This document shows, piece after piece, positions 1-9,534 of a stretch of 64,000 bases of DNA. Position 1 is the stretch's first letter. The number at the start of each line of letters is the position of its first letter. Under the pieces are notes generated by a model that was not told the DNA's origin, did no database searches, and worked only from the letters and a program-made list of their open reading frames with translations. The position numbers were made by a program, and so were the translations under genes. Source of the DNA: Nitrospinota bacterium (GTDB lineage Bacteria; Nitrospinota_A; UBA7883; JACRGQ01); assembly GCA_029881495.1 (NCBI GenBank), contig JAOUMJ010000002.1, positions 2,087 through 66,086 on the forward strand, given 5' to 3'.

Positions 1-511
1 CGACACGCTGAAAGGGGAGATAGAGGCGGAGCTTTCCTCCATCGCTATGTCGGTGGGGAGGGCGGCCTTCTGGCTCGTGGTCGGGCTTGTGATCCTTATT
101 GCCAGTTCGAGGATGCTCGTTTGGGGGTCCGTGGAGATAGCCCGCGCGCTGGGTGTGAGCGACCTTATAATCGGCCTTACGATAGTTGCGGTCGGGACAT
201 CCCTTCCGGAACTCGCTTCATCGCTGATAGCGGCGCGAAAGGGTGAGCATGACCTCGCCATCGGCAACGTGATAGGTTCCAACCTTTTCAACACCCTTAC
301 GGTTGTTGGCATAGCCGGGGTGATAAACCCTATGATGATAGAGCCGGAGGTGCTTTCGCGCGATGTCCTCGTAATGAGCCTGTTGACCCTATTCCTATTT
401 TTACTCGGCTACGGATTCCGCGGGGAGGGGCGTGTAAACCGTCTGGAGGGGGGGATACTGCTGTTCTCCTACATCGGCTATACGGCCTATCTGATACATA
501 GCGTCTTTTAG
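1..511 (+). CDS. Ca2+/cation antiporter (CaCA / YrbG-like), 3' part; 5' end lies upstream of the window
   Basis: The ORF is open from base 1. Alpha-2 repeat signature GTSLPELASSL..NVIGSNLFN plus multiple TM segments typical of Na+/Ca2+ exchanger family. Confidence 0.8.
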   Translation, partial: DTLKGEIEAELSSIAMSVGRAAFWLVVGLVILIASSRMLVWGSVEIARALGVSDLIIGLTIVAVGTSLPELASSLIAARKGEHDLAIGNVIGSNLFNTLTVVGIAGVINPMMIEPEVLSRDVLVMSLLTLFLFLLGYGFRGEGRVNRLEGGILLFSYIGYTAYLIHSVF

Positions 512-898
512 AACATTTTCCTGTTCCCCTTGCGGCGCCGCACTCCGCACCGCGTAACGCCGTAAAAGTTGTCGTCACAGAAACCAGAAATTGCCGATTG
601 AGCAGATAAACCGCATCGGAAATCGGACGATAGCGAAATATGGCGGGAGAGCGGTTCTTTAAGCGACGATATCGACGCGTGTCCCTATCTTTGAGCGTTC
701 AGCGGCGGAGATGCGTTGCCATGTGGAATCTTTTCTCTGTTGTGATTCGCTTTGCAGGACTTCGCGCCCGTGGTCGGAAAGCTCCCTGTTCGGCCTGGTG
801 ACCGCCTCTAGAGGCGGTAGTCTGTCGGTTGGTGATACTGCCATAGCTCCTCCGATCCCCATTTTACCAGAGATGAGGGTTTTTCGGATTTTGGGAGG

Positions 899-1654
899 TC
901 AGCCGTTCATCTTCTTCAGCTCGGTTTTTGCTTCCAAGGCGGAGTCCGTGTCGCCATAGCTTGCGACCAGATCTTCGAAAACCTTTTTAGCTTTTGCGAA
1001 CGCCTCTTCGTTCTGATACGACTTCCCCTTGAGGAGGAGGGCGCGCGGGACTAGTTTGGAAGAGGGGAAAATGGCAACGAATTCGTCAACGCGCCTGATG
1101 CAGGAGCCGAAGGCGTCTATCCTGAAATAGAATTCGATTATGTACATCTGCTTTTGCGCGAGGAGTTCTTCCAGTGAGCCAAGTTTTTCCTTCGCGAAAC
1201 CGTGTGCCGGGTGGCCCGGGTATTTCATGACAAAATTCGTGAAGGCCTCAATAGTCTCCTCGGTAGCCGACTGGTCGCGCGGGATATCCTTGATATCCCG
1301 GTAATAGCTCATCCCTTCGTAAAAGAGGGCGTGAGGTGTCCTCTCATCGAGCGGATATAGCTCCTGGAAACGCTTGTACACCGGAGCGGCGAGGTAGAAA
1401 TCACCCTGCATATAGTATGAGTCGGCTGAGCCGAGCAGCGCGTGTAGCCTCAGCGGGCTGTCCGGGAACTCATCGAGGATCTCCTGGTACTTTTTTTGCG
1501 CAAACTCGTATTTCCCCTTGGCGAAATAGTAGTTTGCTTCGTCGAAGCTCTCGTTTGCAAGTATCTGCTTATCGGTCGTGGCGCAACCGGAGAGGATGGC
1601 TCCGCAGATCAGGAGGGAGCCGATGTTCCGTATCAGTTTGGCATTCATTTTCAT
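899..1654 (-). CDS. bamD: outer membrane protein assembly factor BamD (TPR lipoprotein)
   Basis: Lipobox LSGC at the N-terminus. TPR-like YYFAKGKYEFA..YYMQGDFYLAA..LFYEGMSYY repeats. Size 251 aa. Confidence 0.8.
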   Translation of the reverse strand: MKMNAKLIRNIGSLLICGAILSGCATTDKQILANESFDEANYYFAKGKYEFAQKKYQEILDEFPDSPLRLHALLGSADSYYMQGDFYLAAPVYKRFQELYPLDERTPHALFYEGMSYYRDIKDIPRDQSATEETIEAFTNFVMKYPGHPAHGFAKEKLGSLEELLAQKQMYIIEFYFRIDAFGSCIRRVDEFVAIFPSSKLVPRALLLKGKSYQNEEAFAKAKKVFEDLVASYGDTDSALEAKTELKKMNG

Positions 1655-1742
1655 CGGGACATTCTACCCTGTAAAGGGGGGATGGCAATACTGCTATTCT
1701 TTTTCTGTTTTCATCCCCCAAAACGGGTAAAATTACCCGGAT

Positions 1743-3116
1743 ATGGTTTCAGGAAAGCGCGTATGGTCCCGGCTGTCGCCGCCGCATGTTATGGCCCTTA
1801 TGTTCCTCGTGGTTATTCTCATTGGCGTCGTTCTGCTCATGCTCCCTGTTTCGCACAAAGTGCCGATATCGTTCATTGACGCGCTCTTCACGTCGACATC
1901 CGCCACATGCGTAACGGGACTGATGACCGTAAACGCGGCTGAGACCTTTACCTTTTTCGGGCAGGTGGTGCTCCTCTTTCTTATCCAGATAGGGGGGATG
2001 GGGATTACGTTCGTATCTTCGTTCTTCATGATCATGCTCGGGAGGTCGATGTCGATACGGGGCTCCTCGATGGTTCATGAAAGTTTTTCCTCTTCATACA
2101 GGATAGATCTCCACAAACTTATACTTTCCATACTTGTCCTGGTGCTCGCTTTTGAGGCGCTGGGAACCGTGAGCCTCACCTGGTACTTGTGGGACATGTT
2201 CCCGCCGGCGACGGCAATCTGGGTAGGGCTTTTTCATTCCGTTTCGGGATTTTTCAACGCCGGGATATCGATATTGCCGGAAGGGCTCGACTCCCTGCCA
2301 AAGAATCCGATACAGGATATTATATTCACCGTGCTGATATGGGGGGGCGCTCTCGGCTTCATGACATACCGTGAGTTTTACGAGAGGATCAAATATCCCA
2401 GCGTCGCGAAGAGGAACTGGTCGCTTCAGACGAGGATAGTTATGGTTTATACAGCGGGTTTGACCGTTGTCGGGGCGCTTGGGATATATCTGTTTGAGCG
2501 CAACGGCGTCCTTGCCGGATTGCCGTTTTATGAGCAGGTAACGAATTCGATCTTCCATTCCGTCTCCGCGCGAACCGCCGGTTTTTCAAACGTCGATTTT
2601 TTCTATTTGAACAATTCCACCCTCTACCTTTTCATGTTGCTCATGTTCATAGGGGGGGGGCCTGGCTCGGCGGCGGGGGGTATCAAGGTTACGACCTTTG
2701 CCATACTGATAGGTCTTGCGATGTCGAGATACAGGGGGCACGAATCTGCGCATATATTCAACCGGGCCATACCGGAGGAGATAGTTTCCAGGTCGATATC
2801 GATAGTCTTTTTATCCGTTATTGTAATGACGATATTCCTCTTTTTTCTTCTCGTTTCGGAAGCGCATCTTGTGGATCCGCATACGGGGGGGAGGGCGACA
2901 TTCATGGAAATTCTTTTCGAAGCGGTGTCGGCGCATGGCACCGTGGGGCTGAGCATGGGGATAACGCCGAAACTTTCCGGTATCGGGAAATTCCTTGTTG
3001 TGCTGATGATGTTTACCGGGAGGCTGGGACCGCTTGCCATTGCGGTGCTGGTCGGTACCAGGGAGAAGGGGAAAGCGTCGTTCAAGTTGTCAGAAGAATC
3101 GGTTATGGTAGGATAG
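1743..3116 (+). CDS. trkH: Trk/Ktr-type K+ uptake membrane subunit TrkH
   Basis: N-terminal RLSPP motif. Repeated pore-loop signatures CVTGL, GGMGITF, GG(P)GSAAGGIKVTT. 457 aa polytopic. Confidence 0.88.
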   Translation: MVSGKRVWSRLSPPHVMALMFLVVILIGVVLLMLPVSHKVPISFIDALFTSTSATCVTGLMTVNAAETFTFFGQVVLLFLIQIGGMGITFVSSFFMIMLGRSMSIRGSSMVHESFSSSYRIDLHKLILSILVLVLAFEALGTVSLTWYLWDMFPPATAIWVGLFHSVSGFFNAGISILPEGLDSLPKNPIQDIIFTVLIWGGALGFMTYREFYERIKYPSVAKRNWSLQTRIVMVYTAGLTVVGALGIYLFERNGVLAGLPFYEQVTNSIFHSVSARTAGFSNVDFFYLNNSTLYLFMLLMFIGGGPGSAAGGIKVTTFAILIGLAMSRYRGHESAHIFNRAIPEEIVSRSISIVFLSVIVMTIFLFFLLVSEAHLVDPHTGGRATFMEILFEAVSAHGTVGLSMGITPKLSGIGKFLVVLMMFTGRLGPLAIAVLVGTREKGKASFKLSEESVMVG

Positions 3117-3120
3117 CGCT

Positions 3121-3789
3121 ATGAAAAAGACAAAGAGGTTTGCGGTAATAGGTCTTGGGAAGTTCGGGTTTTATCTTGCGCGCAGTCTGTTCGAGCGCGG
3201 GCACGATGTGATCTCCATCGACATCGACAAGGATGTCGTACAGGAAATAAAAGACTATTCAACGCAGGCGATAATCGCTGATGCCACCAACAAGGATACG
3301 CTTCTCTCGCTGGGGATAAAGGATGTCGATATCGCGATCGTCAGCCTGGGAACAAGAATGGATCACTCCATCCTCGTCACCCTCCACCTGAAGGAGATAG
3401 GGTTGAATGAGATAGTCGTAAAGGCTATCACAGAGGATCACAGGAAGATACTCAGCATGATAGGCGCGACTGAAGTGATCTTTCCAGAGAGGGACATGGC
3501 CGAAAAGCTCGCTCACTCCCTTTCATCTCCGAACATAATGGATTTCCTCCCGCTTACGGAAGGGGTCTCCATAATGGAGGTGGTACCTTTGAAGTCGTTT
3601 GTCGGGAAGAGCATAAAGGATATTCAGTTGCGCAATAAATTCGGAGTTCAGGTAATAGCCGTAAAGGAGATAGTCCCTGAGAGAATGAATCTCATACCGG
3701 CCCCGGATACGATAGTGAAAGAGTCGGACGTCCTCGTGTTGATGGGACGTGATGAAGACCTGGCGAAACTGGAAGATCAAAGCGAGTAA
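3121..3789 (+). CDS. trkA: K+ uptake regulatory subunit TrkA/KtrA (RCK N+C domains)
   Basis: GLGKFG Rossmann motif; TrkA-N and TrkA-C domains. Starts 5 nt after the trkH stop. Confidence 0.88.
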   Translation: MKKTKRFAVIGLGKFGFYLARSLFERGHDVISIDIDKDVVQEIKDYSTQAIIADATNKDTLLSLGIKDVDIAIVSLGTRMDHSILVTLHLKEIGLNEIVVKAITEDHRKILSMIGATEVIFPERDMAEKLAHSLSSPNIMDFLPLTEGVSIMEVVPLKSFVGKSIKDIQLRNKFGVQVIAVKEIVPERMNLIPAPDTIVKESDVLVLMGRDEDLAKLEDQSE

Positions 3790-3859
3790 GTCATTCTCTT
3801 TTTCTGAGCCGGATGCGGACTCAAATAGACGGAAACGCAAACCTGAAAAGGAAGGGGCG

Positions 3860-4117
3860 CTATTTGAGGGTTATACCGGCCTGACGAATAACCTGTTTGG
3901 CGCTTATTTTCACGACTGCCATCTCGGAGAGGTTTGACATAAGCACCGAAAGGGTATTCATCGGATCGCCTTCAATCTCCTTTACGGTCATGTCGTCGTT
4001 GAGGATGACGCCTGATCTCTCAAAAATGGATCTGATCCTTTCATTTTCCGTGCTGACCCTCATGGCAGTTATGAGGATATCATTAAATATTCCTGCGGGA
4101 TTATCCATCATATGCAA
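3860..4117 (-). CDS. hypothetical small protein (85 aa) immediately downstream of the ODP-like gene
   Basis: Clean ORF with an 8-nt gap to the upstream gene on the same strand. No recognisable motif. Confidence 0.4.
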   Translation of the reverse strand: MHMMDNPAGIFNDILITAMRVSTENERIRSIFERSGVILNDDMTVKEIEGDPMNTLSVLMSNLSEMAVVKISAKQVIRQAGITLK

Positions 4118-4124
4118 TACATCC

Positions 4125-4913
4125 CTACTGAGAATGCTTCAGTTTTATGCCGTGTTTTGCCGCCAGCGCGTCGACTTCTCCTCCGACATGCAGTTCATGG
4201 GCGGCTTTGATATAGGCGGCGATTATACCCTTAGGGATGAGGCAGCCGTGTTGCGGGCAAATCAGCTCGATCCCGTAATGATCGTCCAGTTTTTCGATCC
4301 TCTTCAGCGCGTACTCAAGAGCCTTTTTCGATCCGAGGTACTGCCCGAGGAACGCCGAAAGCTGTGCCGGGTACTCTACCTCGACATAAAGGCTCGACTT
4401 CCCGGTGAATCCTCCAAACGCGTCAGATGAGAAGAGGCTTTTTGTTTTGAAATCGTAGGTGACCATTGAACCTACGAAGTGGCAATACGGCGTCATTATG
4501 AATTGAAGGGTGCGGTCGTTGCCGAATGTCAGTTCGTCGTCGTCGTCAAGAGGTACCATAGGGGAGGTGAAGCCGTAATGTTGCACAAGGACTTTCGCCT
4601 CCAGTGGAGCATAGACCTTGACGTCCGGATGAACCTCCTTTTCAATAAGCGGAATGGCGGCGCAGAGGTCTGGGTCCTGATGCTGGACGATGATATGCTT
4701 TATCTTCTTCATGTCGATAACCCCTCTGATCTTTTTCATCACGACATTAAAGAATTCAGGTTTGGCCGAGCCGGGGTCGATTACGACCGCTTCACCGCCG
4801 TCTACGATGAGATAAGGGATATTGTTGAAGCTGTTTGGAATGTCTTGAACTCCCAGGTGGTAGACACCTGGCGCGATCTCAATAGCATCACTGTCGTTGT
4901 AAGTATCTTTCAA
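4125..4913 (-). CDS. stand-alone flavodiiron-like metallo-beta-lactamase-fold protein (ODP-like, no flavodoxin domain)
   Basis: MBL fold with degenerate metal motif HQDPD, Gly-rich DPGS loop, 262 aa. Resembles the N-terminal domain of FprA/FDP. Located next to cheY/cheR. Confidence 0.6.
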   Translation of the reverse strand: MKDTYNDSDAIEIAPGVYHLGVQDIPNSFNNIPYLIVDGGEAVVIDPGSAKPEFFNVVMKKIRGVIDMKKIKHIIVQHQDPDLCAAIPLIEKEVHPDVKVYAPLEAKVLVQHYGFTSPMVPLDDDDELTFGNDRTLQFIMTPYCHFVGSMVTYDFKTKSLFSSDAFGGFTGKSSLYVEVEYPAQLSAFLGQYLGSKKALEYALKRIEKLDDHYGIELICPQHGCLIPKGIIAAYIKAAHELHVGGEVDALAAKHGIKLKHSQ

Positions 4914-5005
4914 TTTTGCATTGCTCCGGATTATTAGCTCAATTATTCAACAATCTGTGTCATTTTAACCTACTCATGCAGGATAATAAAACTAAATCGT
5001 GAAAT

Positions 5006-5392
5006 CTACAAAAAATTCGGGATGTTTTTCAATTCAGCAAAGAGCTCTGACGGTTTGAACGGTTTTTGGAGATAGGCGTTCGCGCCCAGGGATTTTGCCA
5101 AATTCCTGTCCTCCTCCATGGCATCGGTGGTGATCATGATCACCGGTATGTTCCTGAATTTCTCGTCGCCTTTTATGGTTTTCAGGAATTCCAGTCCATC
5201 CATGTTCGGCATATTAATGTCGCAGATTATAAGATCTATCTCGTTTTTAGCGAGCGCGTCGAGCGCTTCCAATCCGTCGGCGGCCTGAATATGGTTATCG
5301 AGGGAGGCCATCTTTTTCAAGGCGAATGTTACCATCGTTCTGAATGTCGAGGAATCATCCACTACCAATACAGTTTTAGAATTATTCGACAT
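5006..5392 (-). CDS. cheY: single-domain response regulator CheY
   Basis: VLVVDDS..ICDINMPNMDG..ITTD..GANAYLQKPF receiver signature. 128 aa. Confidence 0.85.
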   Translation of the reverse strand: MSNNSKTVLVVDDSSTFRTMVTFALKKMASLDNHIQAADGLEALDALAKNEIDLIICDINMPNMDGLEFLKTIKGDEKFRNIPVIMITTDAMEEDRNLAKSLGANAYLQKPFKPSELFAELKNIPNFL

Positions 5393-5417
5393 GGTTTTTT
5401 ATTCTATTATTGTTTGG

Positions 5418-6296
5418 CTATTTAGGCAAAGCATTCTTGCCTCCAGCGGAAATAAGAGGTTTTTGGTACATTATGACCTTGGACATCGGTTTCATGTCGA
5501 AAAGTGTTGTTATTTTGAACAAGGACTCAGTTTGTCCTATTAACAGGAATCCCCCAGGAGCCAGCGAATCATAGAAGTTCTTTACGATCTTGCTCTTCCC
5601 GTCAGAATCGAAGTAGATAAGGGCATTTCTGCAAAGTATAAGATCAATGTCCTTCACGAACGCCATCTGGCTACTGTTGAAGAAATTGATTCTTGAGAAT
5701 TTCACCATGTCGATAATTTTTTTATCCAGTTTGAAATACCTGCCGCTGTCATGGGAGAAATATTTTGTTCTTATGTTTGCATCAGTGGCCCTGAAATCAA
5801 ATTCGTTGTAGATGCCCTGTTTTGCTACGTTGAGGGCTTCGGTATTTATGTCGGATCCCAATATTTCTATTGTCCATTCTTTGGGACTAAAAAGTCCACT
5901 TTCCACGATGAGAATAGCCATCGTATACGGTTCGGCTCCGGTTGAACAGGCGGCGGACCATATGCGGATCTTTTTAATTCCGCTTTTTTGTTTGCTTTCC
6001 TTCAGCATCGGGAGGAAAGAATTTTTCAGCATTTCCATCTGCGGAGGTTCCCTGAAAAAGTATGTCTCGTTTACGGTGACAAGATTCAAAAGAAGTATGA
6101 TCTCCTCTTCCTTTTTGGAATCAAACCGGAGGAAATGGTAGTAGTCCTTGACGCTGCCGAGGCTGTTGGCTTCCACCCTCATGAGGATTCTTTTTTTGAA
6201 AAGATCTTCCTGGGCGCCTTTGAAGACAAGCCCTGAGTATTCCCGCAGGTAATCCTCAAACAGTTTCAGCTCCTCCGCGGAGATTGTTAGCGCCAT
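5418..6296 (-). CDS. cheR: chemotaxis protein methyltransferase CheR
   Basis: CheR N-terminal helical domain plus SAM-binding core (TVNETYFFRE, IWSAACSTGAEPYT, LAPGGFLLIG). Confidence 0.88.
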   Translation of the reverse strand: MALTISAEELKLFEDYLREYSGLVFKGAQEDLFKKRILMRVEANSLGSVKDYYHFLRFDSKKEEEIILLLNLVTVNETYFFREPPQMEMLKNSFLPMLKESKQKSGIKKIRIWSAACSTGAEPYTMAILIVESGLFSPKEWTIEILGSDINTEALNVAKQGIYNEFDFRATDANIRTKYFSHDSGRYFKLDKKIIDMVKFSRINFFNSSQMAFVKDIDLILCRNALIYFDSDGKSKIVKNFYDSLAPGGFLLIGQTESLFKITTLFDMKPMSKVIMYQKPLISAGGKNALPK

Positions 6297-6344
6297 ATTA
6301 GACTGTTATCCTTGTTTTTCGCGAAAGGCGTTTTCTTTCGGCTT

Positions 6345-6683
6345 CTATTTGCTAAAACTTTTTACGGCGTCGTCCCTGCCTGTAAAAACACCAAACTTCG
6401 ATAAAAGTCCGGTAACCTCGAAAGGGGTTTTAATATCGGGATTCAGGGAAGCAAGGGCGACATTGCCGCCATTGGCCTGAGAATTCCTGAGAATGCTTGC
6501 AAACGCACCGAGTCCGTAGCTCGAGATGAATTCAGTCAGTTTCATGTCTATAACTAATTTGTATCTTCCGTCTTTCATGAGTTTTTCCGCAAACTCCATG
6601 AATACTGGCGTCGAGTGCACATCCAATTTCCCGTCGATTTGAACTACTGTTATATCCCCGATATTTTCAGATTCAATGATCAC
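6345..6683 (-). CDS. STAS-domain anti-sigma-factor antagonist-like protein
   Basis: SpoIIAA-like length (112 aa) and pattern: VVQIDGKLDVHS..FISSYGLGAF. Confidence 0.75.
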   Translation of the reverse strand: MIIESENIGDITVVQIDGKLDVHSTPVFMEFAEKLMKDGRYKLVIDMKLTEFISSYGLGAFASILRNSQANGGNVALASLNPDIKTPFEVTGLLSKFGVFTGRDDAVKSFSK

Positions 6684-6704
6684 ATTACCTCCAATGGCAA
6701 AATA

Positions 6705-9119
6705 TTAGCTTGTAAGTTTCTTGATCCAGGGGTCATTTTCACCTTCAACCCCTTTTTGTAACAGGTCAATTATCTTGCTGTCGGCAGACGACGACAGGGC
6801 AAGCGCGGATATTCTTCTGATCGAAGGAGACGCGGCTTGGAGTCCCTTGAAAAGGAATTCTACGGATTCACTCTTTTCTATAAAAGCTGGGAGTGAATAG
6901 ACGAATTTCCGTATAGTGTGATTTGTAATCGCAGACGGGTCGAATACGATCCCATGTTTGTCCGTTATAGTATTTAACGCGGAGTACGCCTCAAACCTGT
7001 GTTTTTCAACACCGAGATACTCAAGGAGCATTTCCGCATGTTCGGCCCCTCCGATAACAGAGAGCGCCTTCATGGCTTTGTGCAAAAGAAGAATGTTCGA
7101 ATCGTCCCTTGGCAGGAGCTTTAAAAAGGTTTCCACCCGGGGTAGGGCGCTGTCGATTGTGTAGTCCGTTATATATCCGAGAACGGCAGATTGTATTATC
7201 CAGCTCTCCCTTTCGAGGCAGGGGAGGATGGATTCCGATTCCTTTTCACCGCCTAGCAGAGCAAGAGTTGAGACAGTTTCTGCAACTAATTCCGGTATTT
7301 CATCGTCAAGGATGTTCCTTAGCGCCGGTATTGCCTTTTCGTCGCCGCATTTACCAAGAGCTGTGATGGCAACTATTTTAGTTTCGGAATTCGTATCTGA
7401 GGTAAGCAGTTTCAAAAGAGGCTCGGAAGCTTCCGTCAGGCGGCGCTTCCCTATAGCCCTTACCACATAATTAAGGGTATCTGGTTTTACCTCGCCAAGC
7501 AGATTTACCAGGAGTTCATTTGCTGTCGGATGGACGATACTGCTTAAGGTCCATATCGACTGTACTCTAACCGAGAAATCATCATCGTTGAACAGCTTTG
7601 AAATGGATGTGAAAAGATCCTTTTCGGAAATGTTGTCTCTGTTCTTGTTTCCCTGGTATCCAAAGGAGTGTACGGCCGCGGCGCGGGCCTTTGGGGAGGG
7701 ATCAGAAAATCCATTGAGGAGAATAGGCGCCACGTCGCCCATTGATGAAAAGCCGAGAGCCCGGTACGCGCCCCATCGGATATTTTCATTGCCGGATCTG
7801 GTGAGAGCCTTGATTTTTTCCCTGTTGAATTTTTGCAGGAGAGACATCCCGCCTACGGCCGCTTTCCTTATGGACTCTTCGGGGGATGAAAGCATCGGTA
7901 CGATTTTGTCAAACTGCAGAGATGCCTGCATCATCCCGAGTGATTTGATCGTATCTGCAACGATATCGCTGTCGGGAGAGTCAAGGAAAGGAAGGAGTCT
8001 TTCAGAGTCGTCTTCCTTTCCGAGGAGGCCGATAATCCTTATAAGATTGCTCAATACCTGCTTTTTATCGGATTTCAATCCGGCAAAGATATTTGCCAAT
8101 ATGCCCGGGCCCTGCACTGTTATCAGTTCGCGAACTTCATTTTCAAAAGCGGGGTCCTCAAGTAGCGGGAGAAGATGCTCAACGGAGAATTTGCCTCTGA
8201 AATCCCAAAGTATGTTCAGGGCGGATTTGACTTCTTCCGTTTTTCCTCCAGAGAGCATCTCGATTATCGCGTCTATAATATGCGATGAATCGAGTTTTTT
8301 CAGTTCAAGGTTGGCTTTGTAATAATAAAATCCATGCCGGGTTATCTTCGCGAATTCCCTTTCCCTGTCCCTTATCATCGCCAGGGAGGTTATTCCAGCC
8401 TTTATAAGGTTTTTGTCATCGGTGCCTGAGATGACGTTTATTATCGGGAGGAGACCGCCAAGCTCTCCTATCATCCCGATGGCGGAAATTGCCGGGTAGC
8501 CGAGGATTGGATCATCAAGCATTTCAATCAGCGAAGGGAGCGCGCGCTCATCCCCGATCAATCCAAGCGCGGTTATATAGGGGAATTTGGACCAAGTTTC
8601 TTCCTTTACAACCGCTTCAAGTAGTGTGTCGACAGCCTCCGGGGACCCTATTCTTCCGAGCGCCTCGACGATGGCGTATCGGACGTTTTCATCCGGATCG
8701 TAAATCGAATTAAGAAGATAATTCAGAGCTTCCTTCTTCCCGAGGTTGCCGAGAGTATTAGCGCAGTAGATGCGGACATCGACAGTCGGATCGCTATTTA
8801 GTATTTCTCCAAGCGGCTGGGCAACATCTTCCCCCATCTCCTGAAGCACCGTCATGGCTGTATTTCTTACGGCTGCTCCCGGATCCCTCAAACAGTCAAT
8901 AAGAGGGGCGATACTCTCTTTTTCCTTTATTTTCACCAATGAAGTGGCGGCTGTATTTCGCACCTGCCAATGATCGTCCCCCAGAAGTGCAAGAAGGGGT
9001 TTTACGGCTGTACTCTCGCCGAATTCACCGAGCATCTCCGCGGCCTGTCTGCGAACGGAGAATTCCTCCGATTCCAACTGGCTGATAAAGAATTCAACTT
9101 CATTCATGGTATTAATCAT
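6705..9119 (-). CDS. large HEAT/PBS-lyase-repeat protein (804 aa)
   Basis: More than 15 repeats of the VR..AA.ALG.IG..A...L..LL.D type (PBS lyase HEAT-like) along the whole protein. Confidence 0.8.
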   Translation of the reverse strand: MINTMNEVEFFISQLESEEFSVRRQAAEMLGEFGESTAVKPLLALLGDDHWQVRNTAATSLVKIKEKESIAPLIDCLRDPGAAVRNTAMTVLQEMGEDVAQPLGEILNSDPTVDVRIYCANTLGNLGKKEALNYLLNSIYDPDENVRYAIVEALGRIGSPEAVDTLLEAVVKEETWSKFPYITALGLIGDERALPSLIEMLDDPILGYPAISAIGMIGELGGLLPIINVISGTDDKNLIKAGITSLAMIRDREREFAKITRHGFYYYKANLELKKLDSSHIIDAIIEMLSGGKTEEVKSALNILWDFRGKFSVEHLLPLLEDPAFENEVRELITVQGPGILANIFAGLKSDKKQVLSNLIRIIGLLGKEDDSERLLPFLDSPDSDIVADTIKSLGMMQASLQFDKIVPMLSSPEESIRKAAVGGMSLLQKFNREKIKALTRSGNENIRWGAYRALGFSSMGDVAPILLNGFSDPSPKARAAAVHSFGYQGNKNRDNISEKDLFTSISKLFNDDDFSVRVQSIWTLSSIVHPTANELLVNLLGEVKPDTLNYVVRAIGKRRLTEASEPLLKLLTSDTNSETKIVAITALGKCGDEKAIPALRNILDDEIPELVAETVSTLALLGGEKESESILPCLERESWIIQSAVLGYITDYTIDSALPRVETFLKLLPRDDSNILLLHKAMKALSVIGGAEHAEMLLEYLGVEKHRFEAYSALNTITDKHGIVFDPSAITNHTIRKFVYSLPAFIEKSESVEFLFKGLQAASPSIRRISALALSSSADSKIIDLLQKGVEGENDPWIKKLTS

Positions 9120-9154
9120 TTAATGCTAACATCATCTAATGATGCAGTTCATTC

Positions 9155-9514
9155 CTAATGTTTCATTTTTTTCAGGTATTCCGCAAGCACCTTCGGATCC
9201 ATTGGAGCCCCCGGCAATACGCTGCTCTTTTTACCCTGTTTGAGCCAGTTTTTAACAACACCGATGACAAGGTCGGGCGTTTCATCCGCCATGATTTTTA
9301 TCGTGAACATGTTTCTCGGAATTCCCTGGGGAATTATGACCTTTCCATCCGGCAGTATAGTGAGCTTTGGTATGTCCGATCTCCTTTTTAACTCTTTTTT
9401 CAGCTTCGGAACAGGCGGGAGGGATTCGACGGTCTTGACGGGCGGTTTTTGCGCGGGAGAGGATATATAGGCGATAAGGGCAATGACGAGCGAGGCCACA
9501 AGGACGAAGACCAA
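9155..9514 (-). CDS. hypothetical N-terminally membrane-anchored protein (119 aa)
   Basis: Single N-terminal TM (VFVLVASLVIALIAYI) followed by a Lys/Pro-rich segment. Tightly spaced between xerD and the HEAT gene. Confidence 0.5.
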   Translation of the reverse strand: MVFVLVASLVIALIAYISSPAQKPPVKTVESLPPVPKLKKELKRRSDIPKLTILPDGKVIIPQGIPRNMFTIKIMADETPDLVIGVVKNWLKQGKKSSVLPGAPMDPKVLAEYLKKMKH

Positions 9515-9534
9515 ACCGATTGCGATGTTGATAA

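Noticed and set aside
1336-2078. ORFs 1336..1674, 1496..1879, 1733..2035 and 1749..2078
   Set aside because: They overlap the bamD and trkH coding regions in other frames or strands. There are no independent signals.
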